A DNA stretch of 64,000 nucleotides. It comes from Harriotta raleighana. Its lineage: Eukaryota. Where the stretch lies: assembly GCA_050575255.1 (NCBI GenBank), contig JBNZDD010013584.1, forward strand, positions 1,734,953 through 1,798,952. The letters are read 5' to 3'. Of the stretch, positions 13,810 through 28,220 are shown one piece after another. The translations under genes and the position numbers were made by a program. The stretch's first letter is position 1, and each line of letters opens with the position of its first letter. The notes under the pieces are model-generated. The model was given only the letters and a program-made list of their open reading frames with translations, had not been told where the DNA came from and did not search any database.

Positions 13810-16800
13810 CAACATGAAAGGCGCTCAATAAATGTAATTGCGTTGTTGTTGTTTGTTGTTGCAGTGAGTGTAGTGACTATTTATTGTGGGGCCACCCATT
13901 TGCCACACACAGGCGCGCCACACAGCCACAAAATCACCAGCTTAGTTTAGATGAATTTATTATATCTCGCCAACCATCCTCTTATCACAACATCAAGCAC
14001 CTCTGGAGGATTTGCCAACCAATTCACTGGAGAAACTCATTTCCCTCCTGCAGAGTTGGTTCTTCTGCTTACCCCAAAACCCCTCCACCCCACCTGACCT
14101 TATCTCATGTCTCTAAAGCCAACCCCAGCTCATCCTTACAGCTTTGCCTACATCAAGAGCAAAAATAGAAACAAAACAAAAAATCATGGGGTTAAAAGCG
14201 CAACTGTCCATTCATCCCAGCGTGAAATCTATTATTCTGGGTATCCCCAGGTAAGAGAGGTTTGATTTTATCATTTATCAAAGGAAATGGAGCCAATTCC
14301 CCAGATATCCAATCAGCAGAAATATCCCACTGTTAGAACATTGTGGACTTATTTTCTTCAAACCTGTGACACACTGGGACATCGGTTTATGTTTTTATTT
14401 ATTTGTTACTTTTCCTCAGATTTTGTCATCAACACAAAAACCTGAAAGCATTTAAAGAGAAATTATTTAAAGGGAAGCTATGTGTAAAGGTTTAATCACT
14501 TATGGCCTTTGAAAACACATCTAATTCAGTGAATAGCAACAATCCCTTATATGGGATGTGATGCCTAATGATTATTATAAGCTTAGTGACTGTGTATTTA
14601 CTAATAATCCTTACATACAGTACAGCTCTTTTCATGTCAGGAGGATATCCCAAAGCGCTTCACAGGCTACACTCTCAAGTGTAGTCATTGTGTGTAGTGT
14701 AGGAAAATTGGCACCAAACAACAACTGAATAGAAAAATAGCCACTGACAAATAGAGAAGTTATGCAGAATGTGGAAGAGGTTGATATTCCTATGGAATAG
14801 AATAATTTAGAATACATCTGTCGATACATTCCAAATGACTTTATTTGCTATAAAATAGTGCAATACCATTCAGTGAAAAAAAATGGTCTAGTTTGTAGTA
14901 TTTCTTAGTCAATAAGGAATCCCAGCATGAAAATTACGACATGGAAAATTGTTGAACCCATGGCCATGAGTATGTAATGACACACATTACGGATTTTGAA
15001 TTCCCGTTGACCCATTCATCATTCCACCAAACCAAATAGACAGGAGTGTCCCAGAGTGTGCCATAAACACCCTAGATAGCAACAACCGTCTCTCACTACA
15101 GGCTGCCCAGACCATCCTACACACATTCATAGCATCCAGGCTTGAGTATGCAGACTCCCTGCCTGTCAGAGTCCCCAATTCCTCCCTCCACAGGCTACAG
15201 ATCATCCAGAACTCCGTGACCCTATCACACCATCCCCATCCTCGCCCAACCACTGGCTTCTCTTCACACAGAGGTGACCTCCGCTCACCCTCTTCGATCC
15301 TCACTCTCAGCTCGAATCTGAAACACTAACTGTTTAGCGCCTTGGAACATCCTCCCGACATGAAAGGCACTACACAAATGTAATTTTGCTGCTGTTGTAG
15401 ATGTCTTAAATAAATAAATGTGATTTGTATTTGATGGCGTGATCCATTCAGGTTCAATCTGCACTGTGTAGGTTAAAGGGCCACACACACACATCCCCAC
15501 CCGCTTGAGCACACATACCCCATCTCTATACACCCACTAACTCCACACAAACACACACAAACAACACACCACACTTCTGCTATTTCAGAGAAATGTGGAG
15601 CATTTTTCCCCCTGTTTATGCTTGTTTTATTCTCTCCTCATCTCTTTGGTATAACGTTGCTGGCAAATTCGCCGCTGCATTTGTCTCTATAACAAGGTTC
15701 ATTTAATTTCTAATCAAGGTGGTTTTGAAAAGCACTTTGAGACATGCAAACACCAAATGGTTGTTGTTGTGTCCGACCAAGGAAATCGGGGAGAGGGTTT
15801 GTAAGGGGGAGAAAAATGCAATTGTGTCAATTTACAGTTATTTATGTCAATTTCTAGCAAACGTTTCTGAAATATAGAGGAAATGAGCAGCATTGGAGCT
15901 CCGAGTTTCCAACATTGATTGGAGCACCAAGCATCGCTACTCAAATAGCAAATAGCAAATGCAGCTGGTAATGAAGATGTAGCCCCAGAATGGAGCAGAG
16001 ATTGTGACAGAATTCATGTATAATTCACACACGCTGCTTTTAATCTCTTATTTTCTGTTAACTTGTCATTTTGCCTTCCGTGTGGAGAAGAAAAGAGAGA
16101 GTGCATTCATGAAAGCGGAAAGATTGTTAGGCTCTCCAGGATCCTTGTTAAAAAAAAGCATATTTTACAAATACCGGGTCATGCAACAGATCTGAAATAC
16201 ATGAATTAATTGAGTCAATTTAAGCCACGTTTCAGAATGAAATAATCACCGAGGAGTTAACTGTATCGGGGCTGAATGCGACGTCCTCCCGACGTGAAAG
16301 GCGTTCTACCAACGTAATTTTATTGTTACAGCACACACAGTGCTAGAGATTGTGGGGGAGGAGGTGAATTATGAAGTGAGAATTGAGAAATTAGGCCTTT
16401 TTTTACAACAACAATTTCCACGTATTTAGCGCACTACATGCAGGCTAGCATTTCAGAATGCTTAACAGTGGCGGAGCCTGACTCCAAGTCACGGGGAGAT
16501 AGAGGGTGACTGTAAGCATGGACGAAGAAGAAAGTCTTCAGTCATAATCTAAAAGAGGGGAAGGAGGGGTAAGGTAAAGGGTTCATAGAGAGATTCAAAG
16601 CTCTAGAGCTGAGAACGTTATGATGATGGGTAATGTTCAGTGCAATAAGATTATTTTCATGGGTCACTAATGAGAGGGCAAAAATTTAAGATCTTATTTA
16701 ATCATTCGTGCATTTGATGAAGAGCCTTATAACATATTCAAAACAGTTTAAAGTGATGAAGAGCGTTCTTCGTGGAAAATGAGGCAGTCAATTTTCACTC

Positions 16801-16988
16801 AGAAATGTTCCACAAATTGAATGTTGGATTTTTTTTTGGGGTGGGATTTTAGGCTAGAACTGGGGTAGAGAAGCTCTCTTTTTTTTTTGAATGGTACCAC
16901 AGGATCTTTGACATCTGTAGATTCTTCCAGTTTATATATAAACTATTATAGCTAGGGAAGAGAGGGTGGGTTACAGTCAGGCAAGGTG

Positions 16989-17292
16989 GGGAGCTATCCT
17001 GTAGCTCAGTGGTGGGAGCACTCGCCTCGCCTGGGTTTGATTCCAGGTAGGTCAGGGCAAAACCTTGGGCAAGTTTCCTTACTCCATATGCCTGATAATA
17101 ATCCCTCAAAAAACCCAATAATAAACTGGTCATTTCAACCCACGACTGTTTGTGGGGATGTTGCTGTGCACAATCACCCACAAATATACAGTCAACTCAC
17201 TTTACAGTATATTCTATGAAGCAATTTGAGATGTCTAGAAGATGTGAAAAAGCGCTATATCAAAAGCAAGGATTATTATTATTATTATTATT
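16989..17292 (+). mobile_element. tRNA-derived SINE
   Basis: Family head, body and (TTA)n tail. Confidence 0.85.
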
Positions 17293-17404
17293 ATTTTATA
17301 TATACAGTTCTCTTTTGAAGCCGAAATGGGTTGACCAATCCTCCTGACAAGGCATTCCAGATCTTAACCACTCTGTGGAAAAATAACCTAATCTTCCCAT
17401 TTGA

Positions 17405-17565
17405 ACATAAGAACATAAGAATTAGGAGCAGGAGTAGGCCATTTGGCCCCTAGAGCCTACCCCGCCATTCATTAAGATCATGGTTGATCTATTCTAACTC
17501 CATCTACCCACCTTATCCCCATATCCCTTAATCCCTTTATCCACAAGAAATCTATCAATCTCAAT
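17405..17565 (-). mobile_element. CR1-type LINE 3' end; near-identical copy at 43710-43880; older CR1 remnants at approx. 12480-12620 and 31200-31420
   Basis: aacataagaacataagaattaggagcaggagtaggcc is the reverse complement of a (TTCTTATG)n-tailed CR1-like 3' UTR; repeated within window. Confidence 0.65.
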
Positions 17566-17830
17566 TTGGTTGTTTACTAACTGGTGGATGCCGCATTCAC
17601 CCACGAAACACACTCACTTTACATTCTTCCCTGTGAAGTGCTTTGGGAGGTCCTCCAGATGTGAAATGGAATGGTGCCAATTATGTATCAAATGCAAGGA
17701 TTATTATTATGTTATGCCAGATCTTACAAAAACATGATGGCAGGAAACCCGGTTGCTAATTCGAGACGGAATTGCAGATAAAAGGCACCTTTGCCCGTCA
17801 AGCCCACGCCCTTCACAGACAGAGCCAACC

Positions 17831-17860
17831 TGCCATGTTTCACATCACCACTAGGGGGCA
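17831..17860 (+). promoter_or_regulatory. CTCF-like site with upstream module
   Basis: Core CCACTAGGGGGCA 17848-17860, preceded by TGCCATGTTTC at the spacing expected for the upstream module. Confidence 0.55.
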
Positions 17861-20598
17861 TAAGACTCTACAATGTAATATAGGTACATTTTAGCACACC
17901 CTGCGTTTCTGCTGATTAACTTATTCTAATGAGCAACATTAGAATAACAATAGATTGGTTTTAAAATAAATCAAACATCTGCGCCTAAATTCATGCATTT
18001 CATCAAACCAAGACGCCAGAAAGGATTAAGCAGCGTGTTTAACATTGTGCAGACACAGCTATAAATATTATGCCAATGCATGTGCAGCTAAATATGCCAA
18101 TGATAAGGGTTGCTGAATGACATAATTAATAAAGCCTTTGCATTAGTTAATTACACAATCAAATTGGGGATGCTGTAATTCTGTACACATGCATAACAGC
18201 TGTGTTTATGCAAGATTTGCACAGTGTACAGGATGCATAATATTTGCCTACAAAATAGTAAATCCCGTGAAGCATTTTAGGACATTCTTCCGACTTGATA
18301 AGGCATCCTACTCAACTTCTGTTAACCCTGCAAGTGATAATGGATAGGGTGGTCCGAGCTGGAAAAACAGTGGGAAAACTTGCCAGATAGTGATATCAAT
18401 GGCAAGCTATACAGTTTTAGCTGGTTAGATTCCAGCAGTTACCACAACACACATTCTGGGCTCTCCTCCAAGCCTTGGCTGTCGCCAACCAGCACCAAAT
18501 ACTTTCCGTAATTAGGAAAGCAGGATGCGTCGCTCCAGGGAGAGGCAGAGAGAGGCAGCGAGAGCGCATTCCATTCCAACAATCTATTTCTGATGTGTAG
18601 GTGGGATACATGGAATTTTTAGTCTGGTTTGGAGACTCTTAAGCAACAGTGATGGGTTTCCACATGTGTCAGATACCTGGTCAACCAAAAACAAATTACA
18701 AAGGCCCCTCACATAGTGGCTATCACCACGCAGACCTGCTTCACTCACAGTAACACACGAGACACAATGGTGCTAATTACAACTTTTGTTTTGTTTTTGG
18801 TTTGTATTTCGCCTTGCCCACCTAGGAATCGAACAGGTCCTTTCGCTTGCGAGGTGAGTGCTCTAACCATTACACTAACGATCACTGTGTGTTTGTGGGC
18901 AAAATGTGGCAGCTAATTTGCACACAGCTACAGCTCTGTTTTCACTCAGATATTTGTTTGGGATGTGAAATGCACACACAGAAAGAAGGAAAATGGGGCA
19001 GAGAGGAAGAGAGACAGAGAGAGTGAGAGAGGGAGAGAAGAAGGGAGAGAGCTTGCAAGAGAGATCGAGACAAAAAGAGAGAGAAAAAAGGTAAGTAAAA
19101 GCTGAGTTTTTATTGCATCTCATTGTGTCGAAGCAAACAAGTGTAAAACCTTCCTCTCAGCTCCAGTCAGGTCGGGCAATGAATGATGGATATCTCCACC
19201 TTGTTCCATCCTAGGCTTAATTAGGAAACTTTACCTGAACATTTCACACGACAAAGAAAACAAAATCGCAACATTTCCCATGAAAGATGATATTTAAAGT
19301 CAAAATGTCAACGATCTCAGGATCTTTCATCTCAAACATCTGACAGTTTAATAGAAACGTCCAGCGCAATAAATAAAAAAAATTAAATTTAAATCCTGAT
19401 TTGCAAGTATTCCGCGCTTTTGACTTAAAAATTTGACACGCTGACTTTGGGGAAATGAGGTTTTGTGAAAGCTGTCTTGGTGGTGAAGGCTTGCGTTTTC
19501 TCCCCGCGTGTGGAAGATATCCAGGATTGAGAGGAGAAACACTAAGCATTCATCATTGATGTCTGTCAACCACAGACAGGGTGTAATTGTGCATACGACA
19601 TATGGACATTTCTGAGTGTGTCTGTGAAATCACACAGCCCGGCTTAGTTAGTAATACTCTTCCTTCAAACTTGTGAGTTCAGGAAACATGTTGAGACTTT
19701 GAACTGGCAGTTCAGTGAAGTGTTGGGGGGAGTGGGGGGAGAGCTGAATGTTGGAGGTGCCATCCTTCAGATAATAAAGAAATAATAATAATAATCCTTC
19801 TAGACGTCTCAAAGCGCTTCACAGAATATGCTGCAAAGTGAATCTTGACAGTATATTTGTGGGCGAAACGCAGCAGCCAGACTTGAGACTTGAAACCAAG
19901 GTCCCACTTGTTCAGGTGGATGTTAAACACCCCATTTCGAATAGAGAAGGGAATTTCTCCCAGTGTCCTGGCCGACGATTCTCCAGGGAGGGAAACAAAT
20001 CGACCGTTTCGCTTCTTAGTTGTTTGTGGGACATTGTTTCACACAATTTGGCTATACGACACTACATTCATATATTGAGACATCCGGCTGATGTGAAAGA
20101 CAGAGTGCCAAATGTGAGAATTATATTCTTCTTATTCTCCTGCTTTGGGAGAGGGCAGTGACTCCCCTCCCCATTGCTAAAGGAAGATATTCATTCAATC
20201 ATGGGATGATTTAGAGAACAACGCCAATGTCACTCAGCCTTCGCGTGAACATATTGTCAGAATTTACATTTACAAATGGAAAAGCTTTAATTAGCCGTGA
20301 ATCCTGTGCTTACACAGTGATCAATTAACTGGCTGTTTGTAATGGGAACAGAGACACCAGGGAGCACACGTGACAGCAATTAAACTGCCTCATCCATCGA
20401 GTGACTGAATTACTAGCCAGGCTGTGAGAGGCTTTCATATAAAATGTCTCACTTACCAGGGGTTCAAGTGTTCCACAAATGGTTGCATAAGAAAACCCAA
20501 TTTTAAATTGAGTTGTTTAATGCCTATAAACATAATTCATACACTTTGGGTTGTGGTAACTGCCTTACAGAAACCAGCATTTTGAATTTTTTTTTGTC

Positions 20599-20885
20599 GA
20601 GTTCTGTAGCTCAGTGGTTTACAAGCGAGAGACCTGGGTTCAATTCCAGGCAGGGCGAAACCTTGGACAAGTTTCCTTACTCCACACACTTAATAATAAT
20701 CCCTTAAAAAAACCAATAATAAATTGGTCATTTCTATCCAAGACTGTTTGTGGGACTCTGCTGTGCGCAATTGGCTGCCACGTTTCACCTACAAATATAC
20801 AGTCAATTCACTTTATGGTATATTTTGTGAAATGCTTTGAGATGTCTAGAAGACATGAAAAGCGCTATATCAAATGCAAGGATTT
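20599..20885 (+). mobile_element. tRNA-derived SINE
   Basis: Family head, body, tail. Confidence 0.85.
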
Positions 20886-22089
20886 GATATAGACAGAAAC
20901 ACAGGGTAAACTCAGGAAAACAGAGGTAAAATCAACCACTTGCCTTTACAAAATGCCTCTCACGCAGGTAAGCCTTCTACAGTGCTTAATAGATGCCAAA
21001 CTGGAGGAAGAGGGGAGGTGACCATAAGTACTGTTGAAGAGAAAGGTCCACTTCCTTGGGACGTCCTCCTAACGTGAAAGGCTCTATACAAGTGTTATTT
21101 TGTTGTTGTCTTCGGGCAAAACCTGAAGATAGAGTGGAAGGAGCAAGGTGGAGGGATTGATGGAGTGTCCAGAGTTTCGGGGCCTAGTGGCTGAAAGTGC
21201 AGGTGCTAATGTAGGAGTAGAGAGTACCAGGGACCAGCTGGAGGTCAGAGCAAGTCGAGCCTTGGTAGTGGGTTGAGGAGGAAGCAGGTTGGAGAGGTAG
21301 GGAGATGCCAGGACCTGAAGGGATTTGAAGACAAATGTGAGGATCTTGAAATTGATCCGTTCGATATTAGGGAATCAGTGAAGCCTGGCAAGAACTGGTG
21401 TGATGGAAGTAGAGTTTAGTGTATGTGATAAGTAGCCAGTGGAGCCAGCCTGCCTAGGACTAGGGTGACGGGGGTAAAGAGTTTAGCGTGTGTGAGTATG
21501 CAGGAGGAGGAATAATCAGCGAAATGCAGCGTAAAATCAACATGAAAACAGCGTCAGCCGTGAAAGGTTTTCCATTGAAATGATAAACAAACGTAGTGCG
21601 GAGTGTGGACAGCCCACATCTGAGTGCCTGATAAGTTAATTAGGAGACAGCAGATAAAGCTGTCAGTAATGCTCACACATCTGTCTGTTTACACAATCCT
21701 CTGGGGAGACTGGCGACTTCTGGGAAAACAGAGTGTTTGATATCTTGCCTCAGCCAGTGCTTTATGCATCAAAGGAAAATCACATATTCTTGTGATGAGA
21801 TTCTTAATGAGGCTTCATTTTTTTCTCTGAATCTTTCCACTCACTTCCCATTCCAGCACCTCACACTTATGGCTCATTTGATCTGCCCTGATTTACAGGT
21901 TTCGCCCACAAGCCCATGACACCAAATGTCGGCAGACTCTACTGTTCATCAAAAAAACAGATGAGTTGTCAACAGTAACAACAACAACAACAAAATTATA
22001 TTTGTATAGCACCTGCCTTGTCAGGAAGATGTACCAAGGTGGGGACAGGGAGGATGGAGGGAAAGTGGGGGATTTGGGATGACCGATGG

Positions 22090-22445
22090 GACCGTCAAAG
22101 AGGAGGGCCTCGTGGCAGGAGATTTTGACTAGGGCTGTCTCCATGCTATGGGCAGCATGGAAGCCGGATTGTAAAGGTTCAAACAGGGAGTGGCGAGAGA
22201 GAAAGGAGTGAAGCTGGGAAGTAACGACTTGTTCCAGGGCTTTAGAGAGGAATGCATGGTTGGAGATGGGGCGATAGCTGAAGATTAGGGATGGATCCAG
22301 CGAAGGTTTTTTCAGGATGGGGGTGGTCAGCTGCTTTAAAGGGGCTGAAAGAGTGAAGGTGGATAGGGAGAGGTTGATGATGTCAATTAGGAGTGGGGGG
22401 TTAGTAGGTGGAGCTGGGAGATGAGGAGAGAAGTGGTCAAACAAG
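22090..22445 (-). mobile_element. L2-clade LINE reverse-transcriptase fragment
   Basis: TPILKKPSLDPS...YRPIS...FLSKALEQVV..QL..FL....LFEPLQSGF...HS.ETALVKI. Confidence 0.88.
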
Positions 22446-24921
22446 GCCCAGGTTGCTTATTCAGGGTCCTGTTACAGATCCCATCTTAAAATTCTACCCA
22501 GTTTTATGCTGTAAAATCAATTTTTTCCCCCTAAAATTGAACATCGTACAAAAAACTGGCATAAGTGAGAGTATTCTTAATTAAGTTCCTCATAATCACA
22601 GTGGAATTTGTTTAGTTCCACATTCAGGTTCAATCGAAGAAATTTCCAGAATTCTGCAAGATCTGAAAATTGACAACATTAGGTTTAAACCTTCCTCAAT
22701 ACCTTTTGCAACACGTCTTAAAGCCTTTCTTTTCCACTGTGCTTTCATTACCTTTCCCCGCTCCCCATCCCCAACCCTGGTAGGGTTTCTAGTTAGTGCT
22801 GTGAAGCACTTTGAGACATCGTCCCAACATGAAAGGAGCTATATAAATGTGAATTTTAATTGATGCCATTTGGGTTTCCTTTGACACATTGACAACATGA
22901 AGGAACCTGGAACTTTCTTCCGTCTCTATCTCTATGTTTTGACTTCCAGCAAATGAAGTCCAGAGAGGAGCAGGAACTGACTGACGTTTATATTATTTTT
23001 GATGTCTAAACATAATAAAAATCATTTGCTTATTAATGCCAGTGGCCCATGTAGCAGAACTACAGACCCAATCGCTCTCCTATAGCAGCACTTAAACTCC
23101 TTCACATTAAAGGCCGTCTCATAAAAACACAATGCCATCAATTATTAGTTCAGGAAACAGAGCAAATCCCAGGATATTATTCCCAGCCACCAACAGCAGA
23201 TTGGGCTCACACTGCGCGCAAATACTAATCAAAGCAAATAAACACTCATGGAAGTTTAGTCAGTCTCATAACCTTTCTCCTCATCACTCACTCACTCACT
23301 AAAGTATAGCTTGGTTGTTCTCATTAACTTGCTTGGACCTTCAGTTCTACATGTTTGTTTTTGGGGGCCAGCTGGGTGTCGGGCACACGCGGAAACCCAT
23401 CACCATGCTCGACAATATCCTCAACATGAAAATATTCCCTGTTTCTAAAAAGGAATATACACTCTCCTCCCCAGAGGGAGACACGCTTCTAACTTAAATC
23501 CGGAAAGTATTATCAATCAAAATTACATTTATATAGCGCCTTTCACGTCAGGAGGACATCCCAAGGCACTGAACAGTCCAGTAGGGATCAAAGCCGGGGG
23601 GAAGGGATCGGGAGAACGAAAGTAGGAAAATTGACTGTACATTTGTGGGCAGATTGTGCACAGCAGTGTCCCACAAACAGTCATTATTGGTAGATTGACA
23701 AGAGCCTGCGCTTTGGGCAACCCCAGAATGTGCATCCCGTGGCACGCGTCGAAAAGAGAAGGGAGTTTCTCCTTGTGTCCTGGTCAAAAATCCTTCATTC
23801 GCTTCATGGCTGTTTGTGGGACATTGCTGTGTCCAACACTGACTGCTACATTTGCTTACAAAAGACACAGTCACTCCATATTACAGCAAATCCTGCAAAA
23901 CACTATGATACATGCTCCCGAAGTGACAGCCACTGTATGATATAAGAGGATTATTAGTATTAAATCACCTCAGAAATTAACATTATCACAGTTTGCCAAA
24001 GAGAATTCAAAGCAGTGGCTTAACAAGGATGAAGGTAGTGAGAAAGCTGAGCGATTGGGAGAGAATTCTCCTTTCCACGAGGTCTGGACTGTGCGAAGGA
24101 GAGCCATGACATTGCTCCATGTGCAACAATGTCACAATGACTCACCCAGCAACGCTGGCAATCATTCAGTGTCAAAGGCCCTTTTTTGGGTTTAATTGAA
24201 TGATAAGCTGCCTAAGGCAGGAATCAGAGTAACAATTGTCAGCTAAGTCAACACTGAGCCTTCACTTGCTCATTAAATGTTTACCTCATTTGTTTATTTT
24301 CGTATCTGGTCTAAGCAGTCGGGTTTGATGGGTGTGTGACAGGTCAGGCTGGATGCTCACAAAAGGTTGGTACCTTTCAAGGCAACTTCCCGGGATTCAG
24401 ACAAAGTTCCGCAGAATGTGAAAGCATCAACCCTGTCTCCTAGTGGCTCTCTAATGGTGAGAGCCAGAATGTGCACTGAAGTACATATGTACAAAATGTT
24501 AGCTTGTGGATTCAAGCCCCATGTTGGGTCTTTGAACTCATATTGCTCAGGCTGACACTCCAGTACGTTGCTGGATCAAGTGGCTGAAAGCAGGGGACAA
24601 TGTAGCTCTTAAGGATTGCCTCCCTCAATTCCTTTGTTTCACCCTCTATTAGGCTTAAGGTCTCACCTATCTCTCTGAGTGCCCCTACACTCACTGCTTT
24701 CTCCCCATCCCATGCTCTGCATTTGCTTCACTCAATGTGCATTAGTGGACGCAGCAGCCAATTGAGTTGTTGCTCTTTTGTAAGCAAATGCAGCAGTCAG
24801 AAAGTCACAAATAAAAATGCAAGTTGTTGATGTTTGGGAGTTGGAAAACAGGGTGAGAAAGGAAGGAGCTCCTGGAAAACGGGGACAAAATCCCTGAAAA
24901 ATCACTCTGTCATAGATCCGT

Positions 24922-25220
24922 GGAGTCCTGTAGCTCAGTGGCTAGGTCACTCGCTTTACAAGCATGAGACATGTGTTCGAATCCAGCCAAGGCGAAACCT
25001 TGGGCAAGTTTCCTTACTCCACACGCCTAATCATAATCCCTCAAAAAATATATAATAAATTTCAATCCACGACTGTTTGTGGGACGCAACCACAATTGGC
25101 TGTCATATTTTGCCCACAAATGTACAGTCAATTCACTTTACAGTTTATTCTGTGAAGCGCTTTGAGACGTCTAGAAGATGTTAAAAGTGCTATAACAAAT
25201 GCAAGGATTATTTTATTATA
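24922..25220 (+). mobile_element. tRNA-derived SINE
   Basis: Family head with A/B boxes, body, tail. Confidence 0.88.
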
Positions 25221-25762
25221 TTAAAACTAAATTCATATCTGACTAAGGGTGTTTGCCTGAAGCGCTAACACAGCCCTTCATCCCAGATGCTTCTCACCAA
25301 GATTGGTGACCTGAATTCATTTTTCTTCTGCGTCAGATTGGAACAGGTGAAGAATTCTTCAGTCACTTCTCACATCTCTCATTTTCAATGCTACACATTG
25401 CTGACATTATATTACCCAATATACCCCCAAATACCCTGAGTGCAGCCTTTCAGAAACCTCCCCTTCTCCCTCTCAATCCCCCCAGCAAGTGTGCAAAAAA
25501 ACTTAGCTCGACCTCGCTTCACAGGTAAGGAATATTTGATATAGCACCTTGTTGAGACATTGTAAAAAGCCTTCACACAATAGAGTGGATGATAATTTGT
25601 GGGTGAAACTCTATAGCCAATTGCGCACAACAGTGTCTCACAAACAGTCGTAGATTGAGTGACCATATTATTAAGCGATTATTACCCCATGAAAAGTGAT
25701 CAATGTTGAAAATAATTTGGTCTGGACTGACCTCCCACTTACATCTATGGCGCTGACATTGT

Positions 25763-26060
25763 GGAGCTCCTGTAGCTAAGTGGTTAGAGCACTCGCCTTA
25801 CAAGCGTGAGATCTGTGTTCGAATCCAGGCAGATCAGGGCAAAACCTTGGGTGAGTTTCCTCACACCACACGTCTAATAATAATCTGTCCAAAAAAAGCC
25901 ACAATAACAAAATTAGTCATTTCAATCCACAACTATTGTGGTTGCCACATTTTGCCCACAAATATACAGTCAATTCACTTTACAGTATATTCTGTGAAAC
26001 ACTTTGAGACGTCAATAAAATGTGAAAAGCACTATATCAAATGTAAGGATTATTATTGTT
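25763..26060 (+). mobile_element. tRNA-derived SINE
   Basis: Family head with A/B boxes, body, tail. Confidence 0.88.
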
Positions 26061-28092
26061 ATTTTATTTGAAACGTCTGTCTGAGGTTAAGCACAGCGAG
26101 GGACACACAGAGGTTTTGCTGTCAGCCTTCGTGACTGCCACATGCCCCTCCTGCTGCGAGGAGTGTGCAGCCACTGTACCACACATTAAAATACATGAGC
26201 TGTGCCGTCAGTCTAGACTCAGAGCTACTGATAATTGCTTTTAAAGTGCTTTATAAATGTACACTCATACACCCCCCCCTCATCACTCATTTCTCATTCC
26301 TTCACCAAACTTTGATCAGCCATTTATGTTGCTGGGAGCGAGCCGAATATTCAATCTCTGGAACTTTTACATTTTGTGTAATTACAACAAATTCAATTGC
26401 AAAACCCATCATTGGCACCAATCATTAGACACAGGGCTCTCCCATTACAGCATGGTTTGGGTTCATAATATTATACCCCTCCGTTCCATCAGCGGTGGCC
26501 ACACTTTCATCTTCCCCAACATGAAGGCCCTACACTGAAAGCAAAGATTTTTAGTGATATTAAAGCACACATCTCCTGTGCAGAGAATAGCATTGACATT
26601 GTGAAGTATTTGTTCTTCATGCTCGGATCATAACCTGAATAAAATGTTGAAATATTTCACTCCCTGGAGACCAGCTGCTCCTTCTACTAAAGTCCTCTGG
26701 CATCACTTGGCTGGCTCATTGATTTGCCTGCACTGTGAGTTGGCAAAAGGTGAGATCATGAATAGCTAAGAAACATTCAGAGAAACGTCTCTGTGCTCAA
26801 AAACACTTCTGTTTCACACACCCCATTGCTCCACATTCCATTTGGGTCAATGGTTTTAGTTTTCACTGAAAAAGGCAGGTATCAATCTAAATCAAATCTC
26901 TGCTTAGTGGGAAAAAGCAAACAGATTGTTGCTTCTAAATAAAGACAGCAATAGTGAACACAACAACTTGTAGTTATATCAGTCCCTTCAAGTAGGTTGG
27001 TGTCTCGGAGCACTGAACAGTGGAAGATTAACAAAAATGGGAATGAACAGGTAGATATTTAGGTGGATTTTAAAGATACATAGAGGACCAGAGGCTGAGG
27101 AGAGAAGGAGGGAGGAGCCAAGGCAGGGCAATGGAGGAAATGTAACAGTCTTTTTTTTAGTAAAAGGGCAATATGGAAGAGAACAAGTAGATACCTGCCT
27201 TGGGCTTCATAGCTCAGTAGCTACTGGAACTTTGACTCAGACTTGCCTGGACTGTTGGGGTTGCCTCATGTCGGGAGGACGTCCCATGCTATTGGTCAGT
27301 CAAGGATTTGAGTCTGAGCTTGAGGTTGGAATCAGGAGTGGTGCTGGGTGGGAAGAGTAGTGTAGGAGAGTCACCAAAGGTGAAGATGAGGGTCTTGTGA
27401 TAGACCTTGAAGGAAGCAAGGCAGGTAGTGAAAGTGAAGAACTCTTTACTCCAAGAAGACAGTTGCAATTGGATACCTGAGTTAAGGGCTTCAGCTTTCA
27501 CTCCCATTCTGTGCCAAGTTTCTGATCCGGTCAAGACAAGGGTTTGGGTTAGGGAAGGGAAGGTGGCGGGGAGAGAAATCAGCTGAGTTTCCAATGACAC
27601 AAATAAATAAAACTGCATGAAACCTTAATCCTTCTCTTCCTGGCTCTCCTCACCTCCCATCAATCCTGGAAAGAACCAAATGCCGCCAGGAGGGACGGCA
27701 GCTGGGCTAGTGCAGACACACAGAGTCTTTTCTCTATGCATTTAATCTTTCATGTGTATCCTGACAACCATAAACAAGGAGAGAAGAGAGGAGAGAGCGC
27801 ACTCCTTGATGTTCCATATCGACCTCATTCTTTCTCACTCTCAAATTTGTTTGCAGTTTCCGTCTCACTATCTGCCCTGAGCTGCTGCCAATAGTCAGCT
27901 TCATGATCAATAGACTATTGCTGTGGGTAATTGGTCTCACTTTCCCACCCCCCAACCCACCCCCCTCTCTCTTTCTCCCTCTCACCCCCTTTCACTCTCT
28001 ATCCATCCACCCTTCCACCCCTCCTCCCCCACTCTCTCTCCATGTAATGGCCACAACAAGTTTCACGTTGGATAAAAGCCAATGCTCCCCTT

Positions 28093-28220
28093 GAGTGTGG
28101 GAGTGTGTCAGTGTGTGGGAGTGTGTCAGGATGGGAGTGTGTCAGGATGGGAATGGGGAGTGTGTCAGTGTGTGTGGGAGAGTGTGAGATGGGGAGGGGA
28201 ATGTGTCAGTGTGTGTGGGG
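28093..28220. repeat. Short degenerate minisatellite (GGGAGTGTGTCAG units)
   Basis: Direct inspection. Confidence 0.75.
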
